Positions 11,925 through 22,916 of a stretch of DNA of 64,000 nt are shown here, in pieces. Made by a program: the position numbers and the translations under genes. Source of the stretch: Spironucleus salmonicida (taxonomy: Eukaryota); NCBI RefSeq assembly GCF_000497125.1, contig NC_090598.1, positions 558,001 through 622,000 of the forward strand, in the 5' to 3' direction. Position 1 is the first letter of the stretch. The number at the start of each line of letters is the position of its first letter. The notes beneath the pieces were generated by a model that was not told where the DNA came from, ran no database searches, and saw only the letters and a program-made list of their open reading frames with translations.

Positions 11925-13493
11925 ATGACTTAAAATGAAATATAAATCTCAGAAGTAAAATATGATATTTAAAATCAACCTTTAGACAAATAACATACGA
12001 AAAAAGTTAAAATAATTAAGAAAGGTTAATGCAAAAAAGACGTCTCTTATCTTGGCGACGGACCAATTTTTAAGGTTTTAATTTATTAATCCTACAATAA
12101 TCTTGTTGGATATTTAGTTTTAACTTTATATATGATAGTAGGTTCAGTATTTATTGGGCAATATCTAGGTGAGGCTGGCCTAGCTTCATCATCAGTTGGC
12201 ACTTCGCTTGAACAATTGGTGTGCATAACTGTGATGCAATCACTTTCAGTTGGTGCCATATCACTTATTGGGCCTGCATTAGGTCAAAACAGAATTGAGG
12301 ATACTAGAAACTATGCAACTCAATTCTTCATGTTGGTACTGCTCTATAATATAGTAATGCCTATTATAATATTACCATTAAAAGATATAATCGCTAGAGG
12401 ATTGGGAGCAACAACAGAACCAGTATTTACATATTTATCTGATTATATGTGGATAATGTACTCGATCGGTGTTTTGGCATACACCATAAATGGAGCTTTA
12501 CTTCCTTTATTACGACAAGAAAATAAGGTAAAAGAGGCTATGATTTGCTTAATAGTTAGTTCATTTCTTAATATAATAATGGATTCAATTTTATTTAATT
12601 TTTTCCTAGATACATTTAAAATGTAATGTGCAGCAATTTCAACAGTAGTATCACAACTAGTAGTAGATATATGGATTCTTTTTAACTTCTTTGGGGGTAT
12701 AAAATCTACTATTATACGGTTTGATAAAAAATATATTAAATTTAGCTCGTTTTTTCTAAAAACAACTTTTAAATAATTTATTCCTGCAGCATTTAATACC
12801 ATTCCAGCTATTATTGCTTAAGCGCTAACAAGTTCATAAATATCAAAATATGCAGGTAGCAGAACTACATAATATTAAGCAGTATGGGGGATTTTTCTAA
12901 GAATCTCATAATTGATGGCTTAACCAAGAATGGGAATTTACTTTGGATTTTTGGCCATATTATCTTATAATTTAGGGTAAAGTAAATATTAGCGCATTTA
13001 AAAGCTTATATTGTATGCTGATTGGATGACACTAGGAATTTTATTTGTTGTATAAATGCTTATAATTGGATTAATGCCTTACCTAATTTCAATGTTTGAT
13101 TCTAATAAAAAATTTGTATCAGAGGCAACCCCACTACTTAGATTAAGTTATCTTGGCATGTTCGTTTAAGGCTCAATTATGTTTGCATCGGGCGTATTTT
13201 AGATGAGAAGACGAATTATTACAGCAACATGTTTGTAGATTTACAGACTTATTGTAAATGTTGTCACAATATATGTACTTCCTTTATTTTTAGATATAAA
13301 ATGGATTTTTATAATACCTACAGTAACAGAAATAAGTGGATTTATTGTTGCTCAATTTTTCTTATGGTAATAAACTTAATATTTTAGGAAGCTATCTCAA
13401 GATGAATAAATTGTTAATAAAACAAATGTATCATAGATGCATGCTGACTCTGGATTATCTGAAGTGAAATAAGTTTGTGAAATAGCATTCTGA
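11925..13493 (+). CDS. MATE family efflux transporter (MepA-like), 522 aa
   Basis: LGDGPIFKVLI, FIGQYLGEAGLAS, LNIIMDSILF, AAISTVVSQ, SYNLGQSKYQRI. Confidence 0.9.
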
Positions 13494-14111
13494 GAATCAA
13501 AATGAGTTTTTAATTTTATTGTTTAAATCATTAAATATTTTTAAGCAAAAATAAAGTTGACACAACATATCTACATAATAAAATTACAATATGGTTAATG
13601 CTGTATGATTTCTGATTATAAATACATAATCGTCATCAAAAGATGTATAAGGATGTAAAATAAATTAAATAATATGTGATTATTTTGAACCAAACAGGAC
13701 ATAACACATCGACTAATAAATAAAACTAAAACTTAATCTATCAAAAGTATTATCTAAAGATGTTTTGAATATTTATAAATATGCTAAATGTGATAATCAT
13801 TCTAATTATAGTTGACTAATAAATATATAATTATATATTAACAAATAACTGAATGCAGATGTAACACTATGGTAGTTACTATTGTCACTTATGATAGTTT
13901 GAGTAATGTAAAACATATAAATATTTGCTAGGGTACTTTATTTCTATTAATAAGATATGATTATTACTAAATATTTATAGATTTACAGTCAATGTTATCA
14001 TATCGGCATTAATATTATCTTGATAACGACTTATTATCATGTAATCACCCAGATAACAGTCGCAAATATAACTAATACAAATAATAAAACATCATATGTA
14101 TTTGTACTTAC

Positions 14112-14438
14112 TCATGCTTTGTTGCTGCTTTTCTTAGTTGCAATTTGTTCGTCAACTGCTTCGATATTATCATGATCATTTTCTAACAACGGCTATCTCT
14201 CTCTATTCGCTTTCTTATCATTCTTAATTTTGTTGAGGATGGCATAAATTAACATGCCGACTATGAATCCGATAAACACGATTCCCATCACAATACCAAT
14301 AATAACGTCAATTTTTTACTATTCAGGGTTGATTTCTACACATACATTGTACTCTAGCTGGTAACTATCGTTGCAGTGTTGACAGGTATTTATGTCGTCA
14401 GTGCACAAGTAACAGTTCTCTACGACGCATTGCTCCAT
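14112..14438 (-). CDS. Small cysteine-rich (CXXC) single-pass membrane protein, 108 aa
   Basis: CVVENCYLC..CQHC..C, TM VIIGIVMGIVFIGFIVGMLIYAIL, tail containing ERQPLL. Confidence 0.85.
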
Positions 14439-14769
14439 TTCTAGATATTTATATATTTTTGAGTAATATAATTGTAGAAAACTCGTCTCCTTAAAAATTT
14501 AATTAGGTTGTTCCTTATTGTTATATAAAAATTCAATATAAATATATCTAGTTATCGCCGTTTAACATGATAACTTATTTTAATTTTTTCGTGTAATTTT
14601 GGTTATAATTCACCTGACATGACAATAATTATTCAACATAAAAATTTATAATTCTATGCACCGAAATTCATACTGCAATGCATCTGTCAAAGTTGTTTCA
14701 TTAATACTATATTTATAAAAACAGTTATATAAGATAATTAATATAATATTTAAAATATTGTTTGTATAA

Positions 14770-15231
14770 ATGAATATATCCATATAAAATTCTGATTTTT
14801 GTACTAATGACCTTTTTGATTAAACACTGAATTCTTCTTGGCTTAACTAGTCCTTTATTGCAATTGATGATTTAGTAAATTAGTAACAATACCTTCTTGA
14901 CTTGAAAATGAGGTTAGAAGGAGAAAATTAGAATATTAAGCGAGAAAATTAGCTAATCACAGCAGAAAGGTATCAATTATAGCAAAATAAGACATAAAAA
15001 GTACGCTAACCTATAGTGGAAGTAGCAGAAATTGAGTCTCCGGAACTAAAAATAGATATGAAGAAGTTTCAATAAAATACTAATAAGGCTTTCCAAATTT
15101 AGGAAGAAAATACTTTAATAATGTAGCTTAACTTACTTATATAAGATAAGAATGAAATTATCGAACGAATCAATCAAAAATAAGCCAAAGTGGAATTTTA
15201 GAATAAATTAAAAACGTATAAAATTAAATGA
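14770..15231 (+). CDS. Hypothetical coiled-coil protein, 153 aa
   Basis: ATG..TGA in frame; Q/E/K-rich. Confidence 0.7.
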
Positions 15232-15320
15232 CTAAATAACATAAATATAATACAAAACAAGAAACTTAGTTTTATTAAACCTTGTTTTATGCAATTATTG
15301 AAAATAAACATTAGTAAAAA

Positions 15321-15785
15321 ATGAAGGCAGAATCCAATTGTTCAGAATAATATTCCTTATTCTTCTAGGCTCAATAAAAATCTCATACTGCATTTAGAAA
15401 GATAAACCATATAATGAAAAGTCATAAATAATCTCTAACAAAGATTTCAAACAAAGCGATCTAAGATATTTCAAGTTAAAACATGAAGAATATGAATATA
15501 CCTCATTATCTCTTAGATGAAGATCGAAATATCAAGTCAGTTATTGATATTTTTGAATATCTATTTCCAGATGTTGAAAAATATACTGAATTAGAAAAAC
15601 AATCAGAGCTAGTTAAACTTATTGGGGTAGAGTTCATTAAACCAGATTCTCAGATTTATACAACAAAAAGAGAAATACCATTATAATTGTAAATGTAAGA
15701 CTTGCGAATGAGTAAGCTGAAAGAGGAAAAAAAATTAAGAAGAGAAGAATTATTAGCCAAAGTGAAAGCATAAAATGAGTTTTGA
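15321..15785 (+). CDS. Hypothetical protein, 154 aa; paralog of 19666-20070
   Basis: Shares AFRK and FEYLFPxVEKYTELEK with the paralog. Confidence 0.85.
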
Positions 15786-15796
15786 AAATTTTATAA

Positions 15797-16666
15797 TCAA
15801 TCGAATTTTATACTTACATATTACTATTCTTCCATACGGCTAATTACGTCTATTCCACCTCCTAGAAAATCTACTTTTTTCCGCTTCCAGTTATCTCCAT
15901 TTACATCAACACCAACTTTTAAGGTTAACATACGTTCTACTTTAGATCGTATCCCATATTTCGTGATGTAATTCCAAATATCGCGACCCATTTCATCTAT
16001 GGACCCATGTAAATCAGCCCATAATTACAATACTACTTCTGGTCTTTTTCCCATAGCTGCATGATGGATACAGGATCGTCCTAAATTGTCTCTAAGATGG
16101 AGTTCTTGATGGAGTATTTTTATATTTTACGAATATCCTAAAAAACAACTTATCATAAGTGCAGAAATTCCATGATTATCCTAAATATTCATTAGTTTCA
16201 AAACAATTCTATTCTTAATACCTGATTCATCCAAAATAACACCTCCAGCTGCTGCATAATGTAATGGAGTCTTTCCGGATGAATCCCTATCTCTAAGAAG
16301 ATTAGCTAAAAAATATGCAGAAGAAAAAGTTCGACCTAATGTGAACAAATTATACATTAACCTGTTAATTCCAGCCTGCTATGCTTATTATCTATACATT
16401 AAGTCAAACTTTCTCACATTTCCATATCGCATTGATAAAATAATTGGAAAATCTTCTTTAATTAATTATTCAGGTTCCTCTATTTAAATAGGACGCTTCT
16501 ATGCATACATAGAACGGGTTCTATAAATGTTCCTTGATTACTCACGTGATAAGCGATCAATATCCCTATACATCTTATGTGATGTATGAGATGCTTAATT
16601 CTAAAATGGTGCCAACATAAGTGCATTTTGGTTCGTGAAAGTTATTCTATTCAGCGTTTAACGCAT
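15797..16666 (-). CDS. Ankyrin-repeat protein, 289 aa
   Basis: DSSGKTPLHYAA, DNHGISALMISC, DNLGRSCIHHAA. Confidence 0.88.
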
Positions 16667-16799
16667 TTTATAAGTATTAATATTTACTATATAATATAAT
16701 CAATTTTTAATTTTCTAAAAGTATATATTTAAAAATATACCTTGAGGGTTATATTACACTACTTCAAATATTTTTTCTTAAATAAAAATAAATTATTAT

Positions 16800-17654
16800 T
16801 CATTATTATTCATTATAATTATTATTTCTCTCTAATCCTTCAAAATTCAAAGAATAATAAACACGTCCTTTTATGTACAAAATATCCCTGAATTAAACTA
16901 CTTGAACACCAAAAATTCCACCCAATTTTCCTGCAAAACTACCACATATTAGTTATCCACTCAAACGAACACCAAAATGCTGAGATTTACAAAGGAGTGG
17001 CAATAACTAGTCTTAGTCAAGATCTAAAAATGGTGAAAAAATTGTATTCTCATTATTTTCTGGAATAGCCATTTCAGTTCCAGGAACAATCGATAAATTT
17101 GTAACTGAATTAAAACAAACCACGCAGCAAGAAACTTAATTTAAAAAATCTAATAATTCTAAATCTGAATTATTTAATATTTAAAATATATTATCTATAA
17201 TTAATAATTTAATTTATACATTATGTATTTTTTGTAAAATAGCTTCTTTATGCCGGAGGAGTGTAGGAGCGTCTGTTTTCAGAATATTAATTGATGTTAG
17301 ATATGGTTTTAGTTTTTAAATATGTTAAAATGTTGACTGCATAGTTTAAATGAGTAGTATTTCTGCAGTCTAATTTGTTGAGAAGAAGGACTTCAGCAGC
17401 GGGGAGAGAAGCGCCAGATCTGGGGCGGAGATCACAGAGCGCAACCGAGGCTGAAGGATCTCCGCAAACGGTTTGGCGGTAGGTGAGTTGATGGGAATCC
17501 TAGGGTTGAGGAGCGTGTGTAGCTTCACGGCGAGGCGGTGCGGGAATTTGAACCGGAACATCATCTCGTAGACGGAGAGCGCACTGGCGTCCTGCTCGGT
17601 GGTGTGGTGCTGGGCCAAGAATGCGGCCGTGGTAACCTGCATTTGGAGAGGCAT
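16800..17654 (-). CDS. Hypothetical protein, 284 aa, weak RecA/Rad51-paralog-like motifs; straddles the IR1 boundary
   Basis: Open frame checked to TGA at 16800; IKLLIIDNIF and VVCFNSVT. Confidence 0.75.
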
Positions 17655-17715
17655 GGGTGATTCGAATTGTATACTATACATATGATACTAGTTGTGCTAA
17701 GAAAATTACCGTCAT

Positions 17716-17949
17716 TCACTGGCCTCCTCTGAGACGGAGTACGAGGTGGATGGTGGACTCCTTCTGGATGTTGTAGTCGGAGAGCGTGCGGTTGTCCTCG
17801 AGCTGCTTACCCGCGAAGATAAGACGTTGCTGGTCAGGAGGGATGGCCTCCTTGTCCTGGATCTTGGCCTTGAGCGACTGGATGGTTTCGGTGGGCTCGA
17901 CGTCGAGGGTGATGTTTTTTCCGGTGAGAGTTTTAACGAAGATCTACAT
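17716..17949 (-). CDS. Ubiquitin monomer + Gln (copy 2)
   Basis: Reverse complement of 7471-7704. Confidence 0.99.
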
Positions 17950-18068
17950 TGAGGAATGGGCGTTCGCAGCCGGGTGGGGATTATCCTTTATATGTGTATA
18001 TACGGGTATTTCACCCCTTCCACTAGCTTTTCCCTTTCCCTCCTTAAATCTAAAAATTCACGCCGCGC

Positions 18069-18683
18069 TCACCAGCCCTCGAACTCTCCCACCAGGTCCC
18101 GCACCTCCTCCGCCATTCCCGCCTGCTCCTCGCGCTGGTGCTCGTACTCCGAAAGGTCTAGGTCCAGGTCGAGCGCCCCGTGCCGCCGGCCCAGCTGCGC
18201 GTACACCTGGCGCACGTGCTCCGGGATCTCCCGGCACTGGCGCGCCAGCTCGGTGATCTCGTGAGGGTTCTCGAGGCGTATGCGCGCCTTGATTGCATTC
18301 TGGGTGCGCTCTGGCATCAGGATGTGCAGGAAGTTGATGTTGAGCCCCACCTGCCGGATGTTCTCGCGCAGGGCCGCCACGTCCTCCGGCGACCACTTGT
18401 TCACGATGCGCTCCTGCGGCACCAGGGACTGGATCTGGCGCTGCGTGCGCTGCTTGTTGCGGGACGGGATGCGGTGGAATGCCGTCCCCGTTGCCAGCTA
18501 GGTCTTGCGCTCCTTCTGCTGCTTCTCCGCATCGAACAGCTCCAGCTCGAAGTCCTCGTAAAACGCTGTTTCCTGGCGTTTGTCCTCCTCGTCCTTCTGC
18601 TTCTTCTGCTCCGCCACCATCGCCTTGAAGATCACCAGGTTCGCCTCCTCCTTCTTCGTCTTTTCCAATAGCTGGGCGAACAT
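18069..18683 (-). CDS. Myb/SANT (Bdp1-like) protein (copy 2)
   Basis: Reverse complement of 6737-7351. Confidence 0.75.
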
Positions 18684-18745
18684 TTACAATAAGTGAATAA
18701 ATAGTACATATAAATTGAATGCTCCCTCTTTCATTCCTTTTATTA

Positions 18746-19210
18746 ATGGATGCTCCGATGAAATTTTCGGCTAATAGACCAATTTCATTACAGCCTAAAG
18801 AAAAAATTATAACATAGACAAAGCATCATGATCCCAGGTTTTCTGGTGAAAAATTAGATAAATCAAAAATTTATGAAAATTATTCTTTTATATCTGAGAT
18901 ACGATAAAAAGAATATACTGTACTCGCATAATAATCTAAATCTAAAAATGCTTCGGATGACTTAAAAAATGCGTTTAACAGAACTAAATAAAAGTTAGGA
19001 TAATATAAGGCCCATCAGGTCTAAATTGATTTTAAAAATCAACTTAAAGAAAAAGAATAAGAGGCTGTCGTTAATGGTAAATAACGATATTTCATGAATA
19101 AACGGGACGAACGAAAAATAACATAAGCTGTCAGTTTTAATTAATAAATGAAAAAAGGAAAAGGAATGCGTAAACTTGAGCGAAAAATGGAGGCAGTTGA
19201 TAAGAAGTGA
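18746..19210 (+). CDS. RRP36: rRNA biogenesis protein RRP36, 154 aa
   Basis: APMKFSANRPIS, DPRF, NYSFI, EQEAVVNGKQRYFMNK follow the RRP36/DUF947 pattern. Confidence 0.8.
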
Positions 19211-19219
19211 TATTCCAAT

Positions 19220-19567
19220 TCACTCATTTCTAATGATAAGCATTTTTTATATATCTTACAAAAATGTAATTTTGGAGTATGTTATATAACTACTTAGGAT
19301 AATTAAAATCAGCTGAACTAATCTTATAGTGAATGAAATTTTTTCTTTTATTTCTGGTAATGATAAAAATTCGGCTAAAATTACACAAATTTGAACCTTG
19401 TTTGGTGTAAACTTAATATTGGTTTTTCTAACTAATATTTTCACTATTAAGAATTAGATAACTGCTGTAAATGCTGTTATAATAAATGTATTATGAGAAG
19501 AAATAGAGCATACTGCGATATTCGCAACTTCAATCAATGAAATTGTTAATGAAATGATGACTAACAT
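19220..19567 (-). CDS. Small hydrophobic membrane protein, 115 aa
   Basis: Open frame with hydrophobic stretches; GAG-TGA end. Confidence 0.6.
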
Positions 19568-19665
19568 TATTGAATTATGAATAATTATTACACTAATATT
19601 ATATAATATTAAATTTATTTTAACTTGTGAAATAATACTTTATTTATATTATTACTTCGATTAAA

Positions 19666-20070
19666 ATGAAAAGGACTGATTACTCTGAATAGTTTTCTGT
19701 ATTTACTAATGCATAGTCTAAATCAATAACAGCATTCCGTAAATTGAATAATATATTTTAATAACATAGTATATTAGCATAAAAAACTTAAGATCGTAGT
19801 GTATGGCAATTAGCTGTTTCCAAACAAAAAAATATACATATTCCACGTAGACTTTTAGATAATAATGGAGAAATTAAAAATGTACTAGATACTTTCGAAT
19901 ATTTGTTTCCAGAAGTAGAAAAATATACTGAATTAGAAAAGGCATCAAACTTAGTTGAGTAAATTTAAAAGAAATCTGTTGATCCTTACTAAGATATTTA
20001 TATAAGTAAACGAAGGTTTAGTTAACTTCTTATTACTCAAGATGCAAGAATCAATGAAAACTAAGAATGA
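19666..20070 (+). CDS. Hypothetical protein, paralog of 15321-15785; 134 aa (154 aa if TGA at 20068 is a recent nonsense change)
   Basis: FEYLFPEVEKYTELEK; frame stays open to a second TGA at 20128-20130. Confidence 0.8.
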
Positions 20071-20248
20071 TTAGAAACTGATCGTTTTAATATCAAATTA
20101 AATTTATCACAAACGCATGACTTAATATGAAATGCATTTATTATATTAGCAGTTATAACTCTATTTTTTATAATATTTCATTTAATTCTGAAAAATTATA
20201 TTATTTTTATTCAAAAAATTATTTAAATATTCTAATTTATACTGAATA

Positions 20249-20623
20249 TCACTAGGTTACCTTCTCAATTAAAAATGTTTTCGTCTTTACTCTTTTAACT
20301 CTAATGTTATCAGCGTATTTGATTCCAATTCCTTTATATCCAATTCCAGTGAAAACAACTACACCTTCCAGTTATTTAAAAAAGAAATCTCCAATTGATA
20401 GTATTTCTAATTTTATTACAGAATTTGTTTCTTCTAACTCATATTGGATTTCGTTCTTTCTCTAAGCTGGCTTTTAATACGTTTATTGTTTATGCTTGGG
20501 GCTTATAAGGTGCAATTTATATTAATTTTCTGAATTATGTTTTGTTCTACACTATTCACAGATAAATTATCCTAGATTATTCTTTTTAATAACTTGGATT
20601 TTATTTTTTGTATCTTTATTCAT
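20249..20623 (-). CDS. SF3A2: Reduced SF3A2/Prp11-like protein with U1C/matrin-type zinc finger, 124 aa
   Basis: KNNLGQFICEQCRTKHNSENQYKLHLISPKH resembles SF3A2 KNHLGSYECKLCLTLHNNEGSYLAHTQGKKH. Confidence 0.72.
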
Positions 20624-20902
20624 ATTTTATTTCATTAATTTATATTTATTATTCATTATATACTATAGATATATACAACAATAATTTAAATGACAACTCA
20701 TATGTAAATTTAATTATTAAAGTCAGAGATTAAGCATGTTTCAATAGTTTATTCAGTCTAAGTACCACTATATTACTTCAACATATTATTTAATATATCG
20801 ATAATTTCTTATCGAATTAAATAATAAATTAATTTTATATAGTAAACATATTATAAGTTACCCTACTATCACTTTTACAATAACTAATGAAAATATAATA
20901 CA

Positions 20903-21400
20903 TCATTATCTTTCTTAACGATAAATAAGATTGTCTTTGTAATAAGCTAATTTCTTTTTCTTGGAAATAAAATAGAATATCAAGCTAACAATTATTCCTA
21001 AAATTACAAAAAGAGTTATAATGCTTCCTACAATTGCCCCGTTTGATAATTTTTGAATGGGAAAACAAAAACTATCAATTTGTTCGTATCCTTCATCACA
21101 TTAAGTACATAATCCATCATGAAATATATAACCTAACATGCAAGAGCCACACCGTGTTTAGTGCTCACCACTACATGTTTTACAATGATTTAAAGCAGAA
21201 TTACAGTTACAATCAGTTATCTATTACAAAGTTCCGCATATAACACTTTATCCATTAATACATGTATGGTTAAATTAGTTACTACATTTTTAAGCACATT
21301 CTTGTTTTATGGTAAATTCACTTTCAATGTTGCATTATAAGCATTTATAATTCGGGGAGCAAGAAGAGCAAAACTATGGACATATGTTTTACTAGCTCAT
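20903..21400 (-). CDS. Cysteine-rich membrane protein (CXXC repeats, C-terminal TM, basic tail), 165 aa
   Basis: CSSC, CLQC, CKTC, CGSC, CTQC; LSNGAIVGSIITLFVILGIIVSLIFYFI-SKKKK. Confidence 0.9.
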
Positions 21401-22916
21401 TACTGGAATGAGTAATAGATTATGTGATGTAATAATATATTATTCCACTTTATTATAATAGTTCTACAATTACTGATTTAGGTTATTATTTGAAAGTATG
21501 TTTTAAACTATTATTTGTATATAATAATGTAGATAATAAAATATTTTAAGCAAAACTTGTTTTTAATAATTAAAAAATCATTATTTACTTACTGTTTTAT
21601 CCGGATACTTTAAGCTACAGTTATTTTAAATAATCTTTAAAAAATTTTTTTTTTCTTATTTTGAAATTTTAGTAATATTGACTATTTTCAAGTTAGAGAA
21701 AAAGAAGCTAAGGTCTTTATTAAGTTTTTAAATATTACGTTTATATAAAAGTAATATATATTAATAACTAATTAATCTTTACATCTACTAATAATTTATT
21801 TGAAGTTTAAAAATATAAATCTAATTGCTTCAGTAGCTATTCTCCTTGAGTTTCCATATACATCATATTTTTACCGTAACTTATAATATAAATTAAAATA
21901 ATATCTCAAAATTATCTATCGATATTAAAATTTATAATATAATATCTAATAAAGAATGAAACCTAAATATTAATAAATTGAATTCTTAGTAAGATATACA
22001 TTGCAACTAACAAAATATATTTATTCATGAAAAGAAAAAATATTATATATAATAAATTTAAATAAAGAATGAAAAAAATTAACTAGTCTCTAATAATAAA
22101 TTGATATATTATATATTAACGAATAGTATTACTTTTACTTTTAATATAAACAAAAATAAATTAACTTTAAAATATACAAAATGCATTTGACTATGCATAA
22201 TAACTATTTCTTTGTCGAGCTTTGAATACCTAAAAATAGTTTCTAATAGAATTAGAAAATTTACTTTAAATAGCCATCTAACTATATTTGATCATCAAAT
22301 TTTTTAACGTTTAGTTTCTTTAATAACTAATTAAATTTACATATGTAACCATTAATTATTTTGCAATATTATAATTAGTAATTTATTAAAATTATTACAA
22401 ATATATAATATAAAGTATTATTTTTAAAAGAATAAAACCAATTATTTTATATCTAGATAAATTTTTCAGTAAATATGCTACATATATTATCAAAGATTGT
22501 TCAATCCTAACTATATTTATTTAATTTGAATACTTATACTTATAAAAAAGAGAACCTAGTTATTTCTACTTCAAAATTAATATTATTTAATAATTAATTA
22601 GCAAGTAACTTATAATAAAAGCGGATAAAGTATTATTTATAATAACATATTAATGAGTACGCTAATATATTTAGTTTAAAAATTCTAATATTACAAATAT
22701 TTATTAATAAAAATTAAAAAATCTTGTTAGCTTCTTCTTTTTATGATGATTGATAATTATATTATATAATTTAAAACCAATAAATCGTTTAAAACGAAAA
22801 ATGTATACGACTAAATTTAAATATTTGTGAAAATATATTCCATATTAAAAACACATTTCAGATAAAGTTTATTATCATCATTAGTTTTACATATTATAAA
22901 TATTTTATTTTAAAGA

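Larger units (their letters stand above)
17390..18685 (-). repeat. Inverted repeat IR1, right arm
   Basis: Reverse complement of 6735-8030. Confidence 0.97.

Noticed and set aside
20068-20070. Selenocysteine codon
   Set aside because: Aligns with Glu in the paralog, no redox motif, no SECIS-like hairpin recognised
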